Source: a virus. From it: DNA of 64,000 bases. The position numbers were made by a program, and so were the translations under genes. Below are positions 38,342-47,747 of this stretch, piece by piece. The DNA is taken from IMG/VR virus record IMGVR_UViG_3300022074_000005; one strand, 5' to 3'. The notes below the pieces were generated by a model. The model saw nothing but the letters and a program-made list of their open reading frames with translations. It was not told where the DNA came from and ran no database searches. Position 1 is the stretch's first letter; each line of letters begins with the position of its first letter.

Positions 38342-38963
38342 ACTTTTTATAGACAGGCAACTTATGAATATCTGGGTAGTAATCCCAATCTTTTTTCATA
38401 GGTTTTACGTCTTTCACTTTCTCAAAATTTTTTAATCCTATTTTTGCTTTGTGTGGTGTCATATAATAATGATAACCAAACACATCTATATGTTGTTCAT
38501 TCCATGGCACACTTGATCTTGTTCTACCATCGTAACACATTAACCTTAATAAATCAGCATCTTCTTTATTATCTAAAAGTATCATGCCACCTCTGTCTGT
38601 ACTTAAATGTTTTCTATAAAAAAAACTTAAACACATTCTGGTGCCAGGTTCGTAACCATTCTTTTTCCAATACACAGCTGCATCAATAGTTTCTTTTGTT
38701 AGATAATAATACTCATGCCAATGCACATCACCCCATTGAAACTTCCAACCATTTTTAATTAGCATGTTTGGAACTGAAACGTATGTGTGAAATGGAACTT
38801 TGATAGCACGAACTTCTTTACCTTGCTTTTGTTTTTCTAATCTTAAGCAAAGCTCTAAAGCATTTGTGCAACAATCTGTGGCAACCGCATATGGAGCACC
38901 AAAGAATTCTGCGACTTTGTTTTCAAACTCTGTGACGACATGCCACTCGTTTTTTTGCATCAT
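38307..38963 (-). CDS. DegT/DnrJ/EryC1/StrS-family PLP aminotransferase (short form)
   Basis: FE..VA.FFG..YAVAT..CTNAL, TYVSV, IDAA, SFFYRKHL..DRGGM. Confidence 0.85.
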   Translation of the reverse strand: MMQKNEWHVVTEFENKVAEFFGAPYAVATDCCTNALELCLRLEKQKQGKEVRAIKVPFHTYVSVPNMLIKNGWKFQWGDVHWHEYYYLTKETIDAAVYWKKNGYEPGTRMCLSFFYRKHLSTDRGGMILLDNKEDADLLRLMCYDGRTRSSVPWNEQHIDVFGYHYYMTPHKAKIGLKNFEKVKDVKPMKKDWDYYPDIHKLPVYKKFGYEEFDISTK

Positions 38964-38971
38964 AGACTCAT

Positions 38972-38979
38972 TATTTATC
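38972..38979 (-). promoter_or_regulatory. Late promoter variant GATAAATA
   Basis: In the 16-nt gap between gp44 and the aminotransferase. Confidence 0.4.
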
Positions 38980-39915
38980 TTATTTAAACTTTACTTGAGA
39001 CATTAATTCAGTCATACAAGCCAACATGTTTATTTCTTGATCTGCTACAAATGCAGATTTGTATTGATAATCTGCAATAATAACAACTGCATGTGGTATT
39101 GTGCTATGGTCTAAATTGTCATATAAAGAATTATAAATTGTTCTAAAAATTCTTGATGGGTCATTATCTAAATTATTAACAATCCATTTACGAACATTGG
39201 TAAACTCTTTTGCTTTTAAAAAACCTGTAAGCTCTTTTATGTTTTCGCTTGAAAGATTTACAAGTATACCTGCATCTATTTGACCAGAAGAAGAATATCT
39301 TTGTAATTCATTTAAACATCTTCGCCAATCGGGAAAATACTTATTAATTAATTCAGCAATAGCTTTAGGTTCAAACTTAATTTGTTCTTTGTTAAGAATA
39401 TCTTGTACTCTTTCAAAGAATAATTTAGCAAGTTTTATTCTTTCACCGTTTCTTATTGTAAAATCAATATTAGAACATCTAGATTGTAAAGGTTCAATTA
39501 ATCTATTCTTATAATTACATGTTAATATAAAACCACAGTTCTTATGAAACTCTTCCATAAATCCACGTAAGGCAGGCTGAGTTGATTGAGGATTAAGATA
39601 ATCTGCCTCGTCTAGTATAATATACTTTCTACCACCTTCTAGCGATACAGTTGATGCAAAGTTTTTAATTTTAGTTCTTAGTACATCAATACCAGATTCC
39701 TCTGAACCATTAATTAACATCCACGTAGAACCAATCTCTTCTACCATTGCTTTTGCAATAGTAGTTTTGCCAGTTCCAGCAGACCCAGATAATATAAGAT
39801 TAGGTATATGTTGATCTTTTACAAACTCTGTAAAAGTTTTCTTTAGTTCAGTAGGTAATATACATTCATCTACTGTCTTTGGTCGATACTTCTCGACCCA
39901 TAGAAATGTTTCCAT
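38980..39915 (-). CDS. gp44: Clamp loader large subunit (gp44)
   Basis: WVEKYRP, GSAGTGKT, LDEAD, SRC. Confidence 0.97.
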   Translation of the reverse strand: METFLWVEKYRPKTVDECILPTELKKTFTEFVKDQHIPNLILSGSAGTGKTTIAKAMVEEIGSTWMLINGSEESGIDVLRTKIKNFASTVSLEGGRKYIILDEADYLNPQSTQPALRGFMEEFHKNCGFILTCNYKNRLIEPLQSRCSNIDFTIRNGERIKLAKLFFERVQDILNKEQIKFEPKAIAELINKYFPDWRRCLNELQRYSSSGQIDAGILVNLSSENIKELTGFLKAKEFTNVRKWIVNNLDNDPSRIFRTIYNSLYDNLDHSTIPHAVVIIADYQYKSAFVADQEINMLACMTELMSQVKFK

Positions 39916-39917
39916 AA

Positions 39918-40592
39918 TTACGCCTCATATGTTGATTCAGGTTCTAATGCAATCCAATATTCAATATTCTTAGCAGAGTTTTTAAAATTACTGATATTTT
40001 TTGACGATATTGTAATGTCATATGTACCAGGTAATAATTTCATATTCTCTACTTTAAAAAAGAACTTAAATGATTTTGCGTTAGAAGAACAATCTACATC
40101 TATTGCATAATTATTAGCAGTATTATTTTTTTTATCACATACAGTTAAAGCACATCCATTGTCAGTTTTTTCAAGAACCATATCGGGTGCTTGAACGACA
40201 CTAGCTGCTCTTTTTAGTTTTTCTATATCTTCACTTGACAAAGTAAGTTTAACATCCTCACTTGGCATTGTAATCATCTTACTAGGACTTGTTACAACAC
40301 TAGGGTCAGAATACCAATATTTAAGAGTTGCTTTTGAACCCTCATCTTTCATTGTCATGTATTGATCTTGAAAATCAAGAACTGGTTGAGTAAATAGTGA
40401 TAGTGATGATAAGAATTCATTCAAATCATATATCGCTACTTCTTTAGGAAATGTCTCAACAACATCTGCTTTTGCCACAATGTTTTTCATCGCTGACATT
40501 GTAGTAAGGGTATTGCCTTCTTTGATAACTAAATTTTGATTTATACTACCAAAGTTTTTAAGAACCCCAATGGTCTCGTTGCTCAATTTCAT
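39918..40592 (-). CDS. gp45: Sliding clamp (gp45)
   Basis: MKLSNETI.VLKNF.SIN, IYDLNEFL, YWIALE. Confidence 0.95.
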   Translation of the reverse strand: MKLSNETIGVLKNFGSINQNLVIKEGNTLTTMSAMKNIVAKADVVETFPKEVAIYDLNEFLSSLSLFTQPVLDFQDQYMTMKDEGSKATLKYWYSDPSVVTSPSKMITMPSEDVKLTLSSEDIEKLKRAASVVQAPDMVLEKTDNGCALTVCDKKNNTANNYAIDVDCSSNAKSFKFFFKVENMKLLPGTYDITISSKNISNFKNSAKNIEYWIALEPESTYEA

Positions 40593-40878
40593 TATTCACT
40601 TCTCCATTATCTAAATTATGTAATGCCATTATACCATAATGTATTACTTTAAGCAAGTCTTTTCTATTCTTGCCATCTTTTTTGCCAAAACGCTGAGCGT
40701 ATTTCATAATGTTGCCAATACAAAATCCCTCACCGTGTCCACTATCCATAATAAACTCTGTTGCTTGAAATTTATTTTTAGAATAATGCTGTTTATAGGT
40801 ACTGTCGATATATTCTTTTAATTCTTTTAAAATTTTATCTTCACTATACCTGTAAATACTATCACTCATAATCAACAC
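40558..40878 (-). CDS. DUF3310 (SaV / T7 gp1.7-like) protein
   Basis: HY...GFCIGNIMKY..R.GKK...DLLK..HY. Confidence 0.75.
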   Translation of the reverse strand: MLIMSDSIYRYSEDKILKELKEYIDSTYKQHYSKNKFQATEFIMDSGHGEGFCIGNIMKYAQRFGKKDGKNRKDLLKVIHYGIMALHNLDNGEVNNEIEQRDHWGS

Positions 40879-41455
40879 CTATTTCTATAACAGGTGATTT
40901 TTCTAGATAATCATCTGTAGGTGTTTTATTAAATGTTACATAACTAGGATATATTATTAATACACCTGGTTCTGTAGTTACGTCTTCATTATTAGAAGGT
41001 CTTAATGGATGATCTTTTATATCATCTGCCCATTTTAAATTAAATAAACCACCACCATCTGTAAAAAATAATGCTTTTAATTTATGATCATAGATATTAT
41101 TAGGATTATTTTGATATAACCTAAAATCTATTTTCAATTGTTTTTCTAATGTGTAAGTTTTTTTCAAAAATGTTTTAGCAATTTGTTTAAAAATGTTTTC
41201 TAAATTATTTCTAAATTCATCTGTAGGATTATCAATACCATCTATTACTTCTTCTAATATTTCACTAGGAAATTCTACACGCATCATAGGTGCAGATATT
41301 TTATTTCTTAATTCTATACCAAGACCTTTATTAGTCTCTTCATGTTTCTTTTTTAATTCTTGTTCTTTATCAAACTTGGCAGACTCTTCTTTATTAAGTT
41401 TAGCTTGTCCACCATCTTTTAAACCACCTGGTTCTAAATCAAATACTTTTACCAT
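40862..41455 (-). CDS. Hypothetical protein (possibly degenerate 2OG-oxygenase fold)
   Basis: PG.LIIYPSY...P motif; metal ligands not evident. Confidence 0.5.
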   Translation of the reverse strand: MVKVFDLEPGGLKDGGQAKLNKEESAKFDKEQELKKKHEETNKGLGIELRNKISAPMMRVEFPSEILEEVIDGIDNPTDEFRNNLENIFKQIAKTFLKKTYTLEKQLKIDFRLYQNNPNNIYDHKLKALFFTDGGGLFNLKWADDIKDHPLRPSNNEDVTTEPGVLIIYPSYVTFNKTPTDDYLEKSPVIEIGVDYE

Positions 41456-41625
41456 AATTTAAATCTCTCTAATTTTTCTAATAGTTTTTTTATAGGTTTA
41501 TATACTGTCCATATCTCATCAATATGTCTATCAAGTTTTTTATCTAACTTGTCTAACTTTTTTTCTATAGATGTAAGTTGTTTTCTAGTTTCTGAATCAA
41601 CTTCTTGACGACCATGTATTTTCAT
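41449..41625 (-). CDS. Small coiled-coil protein (58 aa)
   Basis: Manual translation MKIHGRQEVDSETRKQLTSIEKKLDKLDKKLDRHIDEIWTVYKPIKKLLEKLERFKLW. Confidence 0.55.
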   Translation of the reverse strand: MKIHGRQEVDSETRKQLTSIEKKLDKLDKKLDRHIDEIWTVYKPIKKLLEKLERFKLW

Positions 41626-41649
41626 AATATATTAAGCTCAAGATACAAC

Positions 41650-41679
41650 AAAAGAGGGGTCGTTGTCAACCCCTCTTTT
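41650..41679 (-). terminator. Intrinsic terminator after hsp20
   Basis: AAAAGAGGGGT-cgttgtca-ACCCCTCTTTT. Confidence 0.8.
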
Positions 41680-41696
41680 ATCTTTTTTAGGTTATA

Positions 41697-42125
41697 TTAC
41701 TTAACAGTAATTTGTTTTAATTTCATTGCCTCTGGTATAATTTTTTCCATAGACACTTTTAAAAGACCGTCTTTTAATTCAGCCCCATTTACTTTTACAT
41801 CTTTTGCAATTGTAAATTGTTTTTTAAAGTATCTTTTAGATATACCTTTATACAATGCACCATCATTATCTTCAACTTCTTTTTCGTCTTTTGTTTTGAT
41901 AGACTCGATGGTTAATATACCATTCTCTACTTCAACTGATATATCTTTTTTGTTGAAACCAGCTAGTGCGATTTCTACATTGTAACTATTCTTATCAGTT
42001 TTTACTATATTGTATGGTGGATAGTTATTTGGTGCCATACTTACCATTGAATCGAAATGATCGAACATGTCGTCAAATCCTATTGAGAATGGTCTTAATT
42101 GATTGAATATGCTTAGATTGGTCAT
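41697..42125 (-). CDS. hsp20: Small heat-shock protein Hsp20
   Basis: IGFD, NYPPYNI, IALAGF, YKGISKR.F, AELKDGLL. Confidence 0.95.
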   Translation of the reverse strand: MTNLSIFNQLRPFSIGFDDMFDHFDSMVSMAPNNYPPYNIVKTDKNSYNVEIALAGFNKKDISVEVENGILTIESIKTKDEKEVEDNDGALYKGISKRYFKKQFTIAKDVKVNGAELKDGLLKVSMEKIIPEAMKLKQITVK

Positions 42126-42188
42126 GATTGATACCTCCTTATATTAAGCAAAGTTTAATTTTGACACCTCTTATGAGCATGTCATTAT

Positions 42189-42196
42189 TATTTATA
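42189..42196 (-). promoter_or_regulatory. T4 late promoter TATAAATA upstream of hsp20
   Basis: Exact consensus, intergenic. Confidence 0.75.
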
Positions 42197-42237
42197 TAGG
42201 GATTGACCTTCAAAAGTCAACCCCTAAAATAAATTTT

Positions 42238-43437
42238 TTAGATAGTAGCGACAGCGTCCTCATCCTCTGGCTCTTTCTCATCTTCCTCAACTTGAGTTTG
42301 AGAATCAGAGTTTAGAGAATCAACTGTAACTCCAGCATCAATCTTAGTATAAAGATTTAAGAATGACTCTTTAGTGTCATCATCAAATCTAGCAACACAT
42401 AACTCGATTGCTTTCATTTTATCACCAAAGATAGAAAATGCTTTAACAATGTGGTCAAGTCTTCTAGTAGATATAATCTCATCTACACCACCATCGTAAA
42501 AAGTTTTTCTGATAACCTCTGCCCAAGTACATAAGTTGGCAGCGAACTTCTTATCAGACTTACCATACTTATCCATAGACCCAAGTATAATCTTCTCTTC
42601 GGTCTTTTTAGCAGCATAAGGTTGTTCAATTGTGATAGCAAATCTTTCTAAAAATGCTTCGTTCAAAACATTCGTACCGATAAATCTACCATCCTCAGAA
42701 CCTTTACCTTTGGTATTTGCTGTTGCAAGAATATTAAATCCAGCTTTTGGCGTAATCCATTTGTTTACTTTTTTAAGATAAACACCTTTACCTTCTAATA
42801 CTGGTTGCAAACACATTAACTTGTTAGAACCTAAGTCACACTCGTCAAGCAACAAAGTACAACCCTTTTCCATTGCTTCGACCACTGGGCCAGGAACAAA
42901 TTTAGTTTCACCATTTACAAGTCTGAAACCACCTAACAAATCATCTTCATCAGTTTCAATTGTAATATTGACTCTGATTAAATCTTTTTTGTTAGCAGCA
43001 TGAACTTGTTCTACCATAAGAGTTTTACCATTACCAGATAGACCAGTAACAAAAACTGGGTAAAACATGCCAGACTTAACAATCTGATTGATTGTAGAGT
43101 AATGACCCCAAGGTACAAATCCTTTAAACATTGAAGGTACTAAACTTTCAGAACCAGAATTTGTAGCGATTAAGTTAACTGACATTGCATTATCAGTATT
43201 ATTAGAAACAGTTGAACTGATTTGTTTAATTTCAACATCATCTTGTTCAGCTGTGTCACTTGTCGGTAATTGATATTTACCGTGACCTACTTTGTAAGCA
43301 GGTTTCTTAAACCAACTAGGATTAGAAAATCCTATTGATTTAGCGAACTCATTGATCTCGTTCCTAGAAACGATAGCACCAACACCGAAGTGTTTTGACG
43401 CTTTATCAACAAACGCTTGTTTATTGGGTGTTAACAT
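42238..43437 (-). CDS. cobS: CobS/MoxR-like AAA+ ATPase
   Basis: GLSGNGKT, ETDEDDLLGG, LLLDE, ATANTKG, AFLERF, ISTRRL. Confidence 0.9.
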   Translation of the reverse strand: MLTPNKQAFVDKASKHFGVGAIVSRNEINEFAKSIGFSNPSWFKKPAYKVGHGKYQLPTSDTAEQDDVEIKQISSTVSNNTDNAMSVNLIATNSGSESLVPSMFKGFVPWGHYSTINQIVKSGMFYPVFVTGLSGNGKTLMVEQVHAANKKDLIRVNITIETDEDDLLGGFRLVNGETKFVPGPVVEAMEKGCTLLLDECDLGSNKLMCLQPVLEGKGVYLKKVNKWITPKAGFNILATANTKGKGSEDGRFIGTNVLNEAFLERFAITIEQPYAAKKTEEKIILGSMDKYGKSDKKFAANLCTWAEVIRKTFYDGGVDEIISTRRLDHIVKAFSIFGDKMKAIELCVARFDDDTKESFLNLYTKIDAGVTVDSLNSDSQTQVEEDEKEPEDEDAVATI

Positions 43438-43480
43438 AATATAACCTCTCTTGTTGTTGTTTTTATCACCTTATACATTA

Positions 43481-43510
43481 ATTCTATCATAATATAGTGT
43501 TTATTGTCAA
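43481..43510 (-). promoter_or_regulatory. Sigma70-type early promoter TTGACA-N18-TAGAAT (extended TG)
   Basis: Intergenic upstream of cobS. Confidence 0.7.
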
Positions 43511-43549
43511 CCATATAACCATATCAATAAAGCTAGTAATATCAATCAT

Positions 43550-45784
43550 TTACGCCACCATATCTATGAATTTGTTAAGTAATTGTCTATTTAAAGTCTT
43601 AGAACCACTTGCTTTTTTGAATGCTTTTAGTATTTGATTCGATTTTGCATTTGGCACTATATCTAGTATTTCATCTTCACCTTGATCTATAGGACCTCTT
43701 GGTAAGATATAATACTCATCATAACCTTGAGACTTACATACTAATACTTTTTCTTTTCTTAATTGTTTTTGTGCATCTAAAATCTTTTGTTCATCTGAAC
43801 CTCTAGACCAACCCATTTTTCTGCAAATAGTATCAACGTTAACTCTACCATGTCTACCTCTACCCTCAATAAAGAAACCTGTAATATTAAGACCAGGAAC
43901 TTGTTTTTTAAGCATACTCAATAAAGCTGTAGTTTGTTGATTTCTGTAATAACTTTCATGATTTTGAAGTAATTTGATACCTCTTGTTTTATCTGAATAA
44001 ACAATGTGATTATCATAAGGAACATCAACTTGACCAAATACTTCGTTATCATTCCAATCTTTTTTGTAATCAAAATAATATCTAGCAGCATGACTATCAC
44101 CATCAGTTAAAAATATTAAGTTTGTTTTTTGAACTCTAGTTTGCATTTGAAAGTTTTCAATAACTTGAGCTGCACAAGCGATAGCATGATTAAGTGGTGT
44201 ACCACCTAAATTATATTTGTCATGAACATAAGAGACATAAGATAAATCCATACGATTATCATGTCTGTAATTCCATTGACAAGACATTCTAATACAGTTT
44301 TTAATTTGCTCTTCTTGTTCTGCTTTAGTCATATTAGAACTAAACAATTCTATTAGTTTAACATTCTCTAAATCCATATCACCAACTTTTTGTTGTTGAC
44401 TCTGATTAACTGATTCACCTTCATATACATTACATCTATGTTCTCTATCAGAAAAAGCAAGAACTTGAAAAGGTATCTTTGTTCTATTACAAAACCAAAT
44501 AAGATTGTATAATTGTTTTAGTGTAAAATCCATGTTGTCACTCATTGAACCAGACCAGTCAACATACATAATCATACCATGATTAGTTGCACCAGGTATA
44601 GTAGTCATTTTTGCAAACAAGTCATCATTGTATTTGTAAGTATGTAACTTACTCATATTAAGAACACCAGTTTTTGCAATAGTTGCTCTTTTATATAAAT
44701 CTGCTTGTTTTTTCATTTCAAATTCTTTGACCATGTATGAAACTACTTTTTTATTATCATTAAGTATCTTAGTATATTCACTATGAATAAAATCGTTAGC
44801 ACCTGAACTGTCATTTTTATAATGTTCTTTTAAATCTGACAATACAGTTTTGTATGATATAATTAAATTTTTAAGATTAACTTTTGGTATGTTAACATAA
44901 CTTCTATCTCTTGCTTCGTGATCGTTATGATCATCCATTGCTGATTGATAAGCTGCATCTGTATGAGCAACTAAGTCACTTTTAATTCCTAGACCTGCAC
45001 CGTCACCACCAACTTGACTTTGCGTATCAGAGTCTTTTTCTTCGTTATCATTTTTATCTTTAGATTTATCATCTGAACCTGAATCATTATTATCAGTATC
45101 TTGATTGTTCTCAGCATCCGTATGAGAATCAGAAGATGAAGACTCATTATTATCAGAGTCTTCGTCCTCTTGTTTAGGAGCATTATTAGGAACAATAATA
45201 GTTAATTCATCTTTTTTATCTTCCTTTGATTTCTTTTTGTGATAACCAGAAATCTCAATTGCAAGTTTAATTACATCATCTGGTGTTTTACATTTTGCAA
45301 CTTTGTCAGCAAGTAATTTTTCTTTAGTGTTAAATCCTACATCAAGACCAGTCTTGAAGTAAATATTAATTTTGTCGATAACATTAAGTTTAGATAAATC
45401 TTTGTTTTTAACACCAAAGAAATCTCTATCTAATAATTCTTTGTAACCTTGAGTAAAGTTTTTTTGAGAACCAGGATATCTTTTTTGTATCATCGCTTCT
45501 ATTCTAGCGTCTTCGATAACGTTAACTACAGAATGATCGATACCTTCTTTATGAATTTTTTTTAACATATCTAAAGGAGTCCAAAGTGAATGGCCAACTT
45601 CATGACATACAAACATGTCATACACATCGTTAGATATTTGATCTTTGAATATTGGTAAAACTAACTCTCTCTTTTTAACATCAAAAGAAGCAGTTCTAGT
45701 TTTTTTGTGAACTATTGAAATATCCTCTTCGGCAAGTAATTTTGCAATAGTTGATTTTTTATTTTGCATATTAACCTCTCTCAT
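43550..45784 (-). CDS. CobT-like metallopeptidase/VWA protein
   Basis: HEVGH, NVIEDARIE, acidic linker, MIDAS DWSGSM, GGTPL, LTDGD. Confidence 0.85.
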   Translation of the reverse strand: MREVNMQNKKSTIAKLLAEEDISIVHKKTRTASFDVKKRELVLPIFKDQISNDVYDMFVCHEVGHSLWTPLDMLKKIHKEGIDHSVVNVIEDARIEAMIQKRYPGSQKNFTQGYKELLDRDFFGVKNKDLSKLNVIDKINIYFKTGLDVGFNTKEKLLADKVAKCKTPDDVIKLAIEISGYHKKKSKEDKKDELTIIVPNNAPKQEDEDSDNNESSSSDSHTDAENNQDTDNNDSGSDDKSKDKNDNEEKDSDTQSQVGGDGAGLGIKSDLVAHTDAAYQSAMDDHNDHEARDRSYVNIPKVNLKNLIISYKTVLSDLKEHYKNDSSGANDFIHSEYTKILNDNKKVVSYMVKEFEMKKQADLYKRATIAKTGVLNMSKLHTYKYNDDLFAKMTTIPGATNHGMIMYVDWSGSMSDNMDFTLKQLYNLIWFCNRTKIPFQVLAFSDREHRCNVYEGESVNQSQQQKVGDMDLENVKLIELFSSNMTKAEQEEQIKNCIRMSCQWNYRHDNRMDLSYVSYVHDKYNLGGTPLNHAIACAAQVIENFQMQTRVQKTNLIFLTDGDSHAARYYFDYKKDWNDNEVFGQVDVPYDNHIVYSDKTRGIKLLQNHESYYRNQQTTALLSMLKKQVPGLNITGFFIEGRGRHGRVNVDTICRKMGWSRGSDEQKILDAQKQLRKEKVLVCKSQGYDEYYILPRGPIDQGEDEILDIVPNAKSNQILKAFKKASGSKTLNRQLLNKFIDMVA

Positions 45785-45792
45785 ACTCTTAT

Positions 45793-45821
45793 AATGTATC
45801 AGGTAGGGGGTATATTGTCAA
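45793..45821 (-). promoter_or_regulatory. Sigma70-type early promoter TTGACA-N17-TACATT (extended TG)
   Basis: Intergenic upstream of the CobT-like gene. Confidence 0.65.
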
Positions 45822-45945
45822 GGCGATAAAAAGCAAGTAAAATCAACGATTTTAGGGGGTAGTAGGGGCAGGGGTACCCCTTGAAATACCCGCTCAGCAC
45901 GTTCTCAGCGCCTCTTTTTTTAAGGATTCGATGTTGATTCGGGGG

Positions 45946-46656
45946 TTATATCGTAAATGCAAGTAAATTGGATGCTATATAAGTATGTGCTTTTTCACTT
46001 GGGTGACCATCATCTTCCGATATCCACCATCCTTTTTTACCATACTCTTTATTCAATATATCTTGAATATTAAACCCTCCTATTTCAGATATACATGGCC
46101 ACCCATAAAAATCTTTAATCTTATCCGTTAACATATGATTAATAATTTCTTTTGATAGCACAACTTTTGATTGTGTTTTAAAATCATTCGAAAAGTGTTT
46201 TATATGATTACCTGTAAGCAAAGGCATTGCTTGACAAAATGTGTAGTTAATAAAGTTATCTCTACATATAGATTGCATAGCATATATGTAATTTAAATTA
46301 TTATTAATTATTTGTTTTAAATTAGGAAAGTCTTGACTTAAAAATTCATTGTAAAGTTTATTTGCTTTTTCATAGGTGTAATCGTAATCGTTAGTTGTAA
46401 CACTTATTGTTTTCCAATCGGGTTGTGTAAGAAAGTCTTGTCTATCAAATGCAGTCCACATTATATAAACATGTTCTACTTTATTAAGATTGTTTTGTAT
46501 TGCTTGTAAAGTATTATGAAATATTGCTCGATTACCATAACCTGCTTTCGCTGTATTAATGACTTCACATTTTTTTATCTCACCAAGTATTGTTGGCCAT
46601 ACTTTGAAATCATAATAACTTTTATCTGTATAACTACATCCACCTACTATAATCAT
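45946..46656 (-). CDS. SGNH-like hydrolase/acyltransferase
   Basis: GGCSYTD, GYGN, MWT..DRQD, DGHPSEKAH. Confidence 0.7.
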   Translation of the reverse strand: MIIVGGCSYTDKSYYDFKVWPTILGEIKKCEVINTAKAGYGNRAIFHNTLQAIQNNLNKVEHVYIMWTAFDRQDFLTQPDWKTISVTTNDYDYTYEKANKLYNEFLSQDFPNLKQIINNNLNYIYAMQSICRDNFINYTFCQAMPLLTGNHIKHFSNDFKTQSKVVLSKEIINHMLTDKIKDFYGWPCISEIGGFNIQDILNKEYGKKGWWISEDDGHPSEKAHTYIASNLLAFTI

Positions 46657-47747
46657 GAATTAAACCATTTCTCTATGTCTTTTTTTAAATCTTTTAATTT
46701 TGATTTTCTGTTAATAAAATTATTGTAATTATATTCTAATATATCTAAATTATCTAACACCAACTTTTTTAAATTTTTTGTTCTTAGTTCTTTTACTAAT
46801 TCTACAACAGCATTTATTCTATCGTCAAAATTGTAAATATTATCATATGACTCATCCCATAAATTATTAAATGTTTTATATCCTTGCTGTTTTAAAACTT
46901 TTAATGAGTATTGTGTTCCTACTAAAATAAATGGCATTTTTAACATTATTGCTTTATAAGTTTTTTCAGTTATATTAATACCATTATTAGTATTATCAAT
47001 ACTATGACAAACACTCTCTGTTACAATATTAATACAGTTTTCTCTTGACCAATATGATAAGTCATTGTCTTTAGATGCAAACCCATTATCAATTCTTTGT
47101 TTAAATTTTACATCATAGACTAAATCATAAACTCCATTATTAATACTAGCATTAAAATCCTCTATCATTGGCATCACCTTATACATAAACATACTTTTAG
47201 ATTTTGCAATAGTATTTGAATGTGATCTATTAAGACATAAAAATTTTTTAGGATTATCATCTAATACTTTTACTATTTCTGGTTGATTATGATTTTGTAC
47301 ATACTTTTCAAATATATCCCAATGGTAAGTTTTAATAACATTACTTTTGTATGGTTCACATAAAATATTGTACTTTGAGATAAGTATTTTACATTTATTA
47401 GGTTTTATCCCAGCTTCATTTAATAAAAGAGGATATGTATCAATCCAATTACCACCTGACAAATCAATTTCAGAATCATTAATTATATAAAAACATTTAT
47501 CATTATTAATATCATCTTTTACTTTATCTGGTAATAACTTAAATTCATTGTTTTGTATAATATCATGACTATACTTTCTTACATTATCATAGTAAATATA
47601 TTTTCCTTTAACTTTATCTAAAGTTGTTACAGGATAACCTAATTCTTTATGTAAAGGAATCCAATGATCGCTTACATCACTAAAAAGTCTGTTTTCTTTT
47701 TTTGAGTAAAAATTACGTAAAGATTTATTTTTGAATGCTATAATCAT
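46653..47747 (-). CDS. Putative glycosyltransferase (GT10-like C-terminal motif)
   Basis: KKFLCLNR, NIVTES, ITEKTYK...PFILVG...GYKTF..WDESYD. Confidence 0.55.
   Translation of the reverse strand: MIIAFKNKSLRNFYSKKENRLFSDVSDHWIPLHKELGYPVTTLDKVKGKYIYYDNVRKYSHDIIQNNEFKLLPDKVKDDINNDKCFYIINDSEIDLSGGNWIDTYPLLLNEAGIKPNKCKILISKYNILCEPYKSNVIKTYHWDIFEKYVQNHNQPEIVKVLDDNPKKFLCLNRSHSNTIAKSKSMFMYKVMPMIEDFNASINNGVYDLVYDVKFKQRIDNGFASKDNDLSYWSRENCINIVTESVCHSIDNTNNGINITEKTYKAIMLKMPFILVGTQYSLKVLKQQGYKTFNNLWDESYDNIYNFDDRINAVVELVKELRTKNLKKLVLDNLDILEYNYNNFINRKSKLKDLKKDIEKWFNS

Noticed and set aside
42238-45784. Cobalamin biosynthesis role for the CobS/CobT-like pair
   Set aside because: No CobN or other cob genes; a MoxR-VWA chaperone pair typical of marine T4-like phages is more likely
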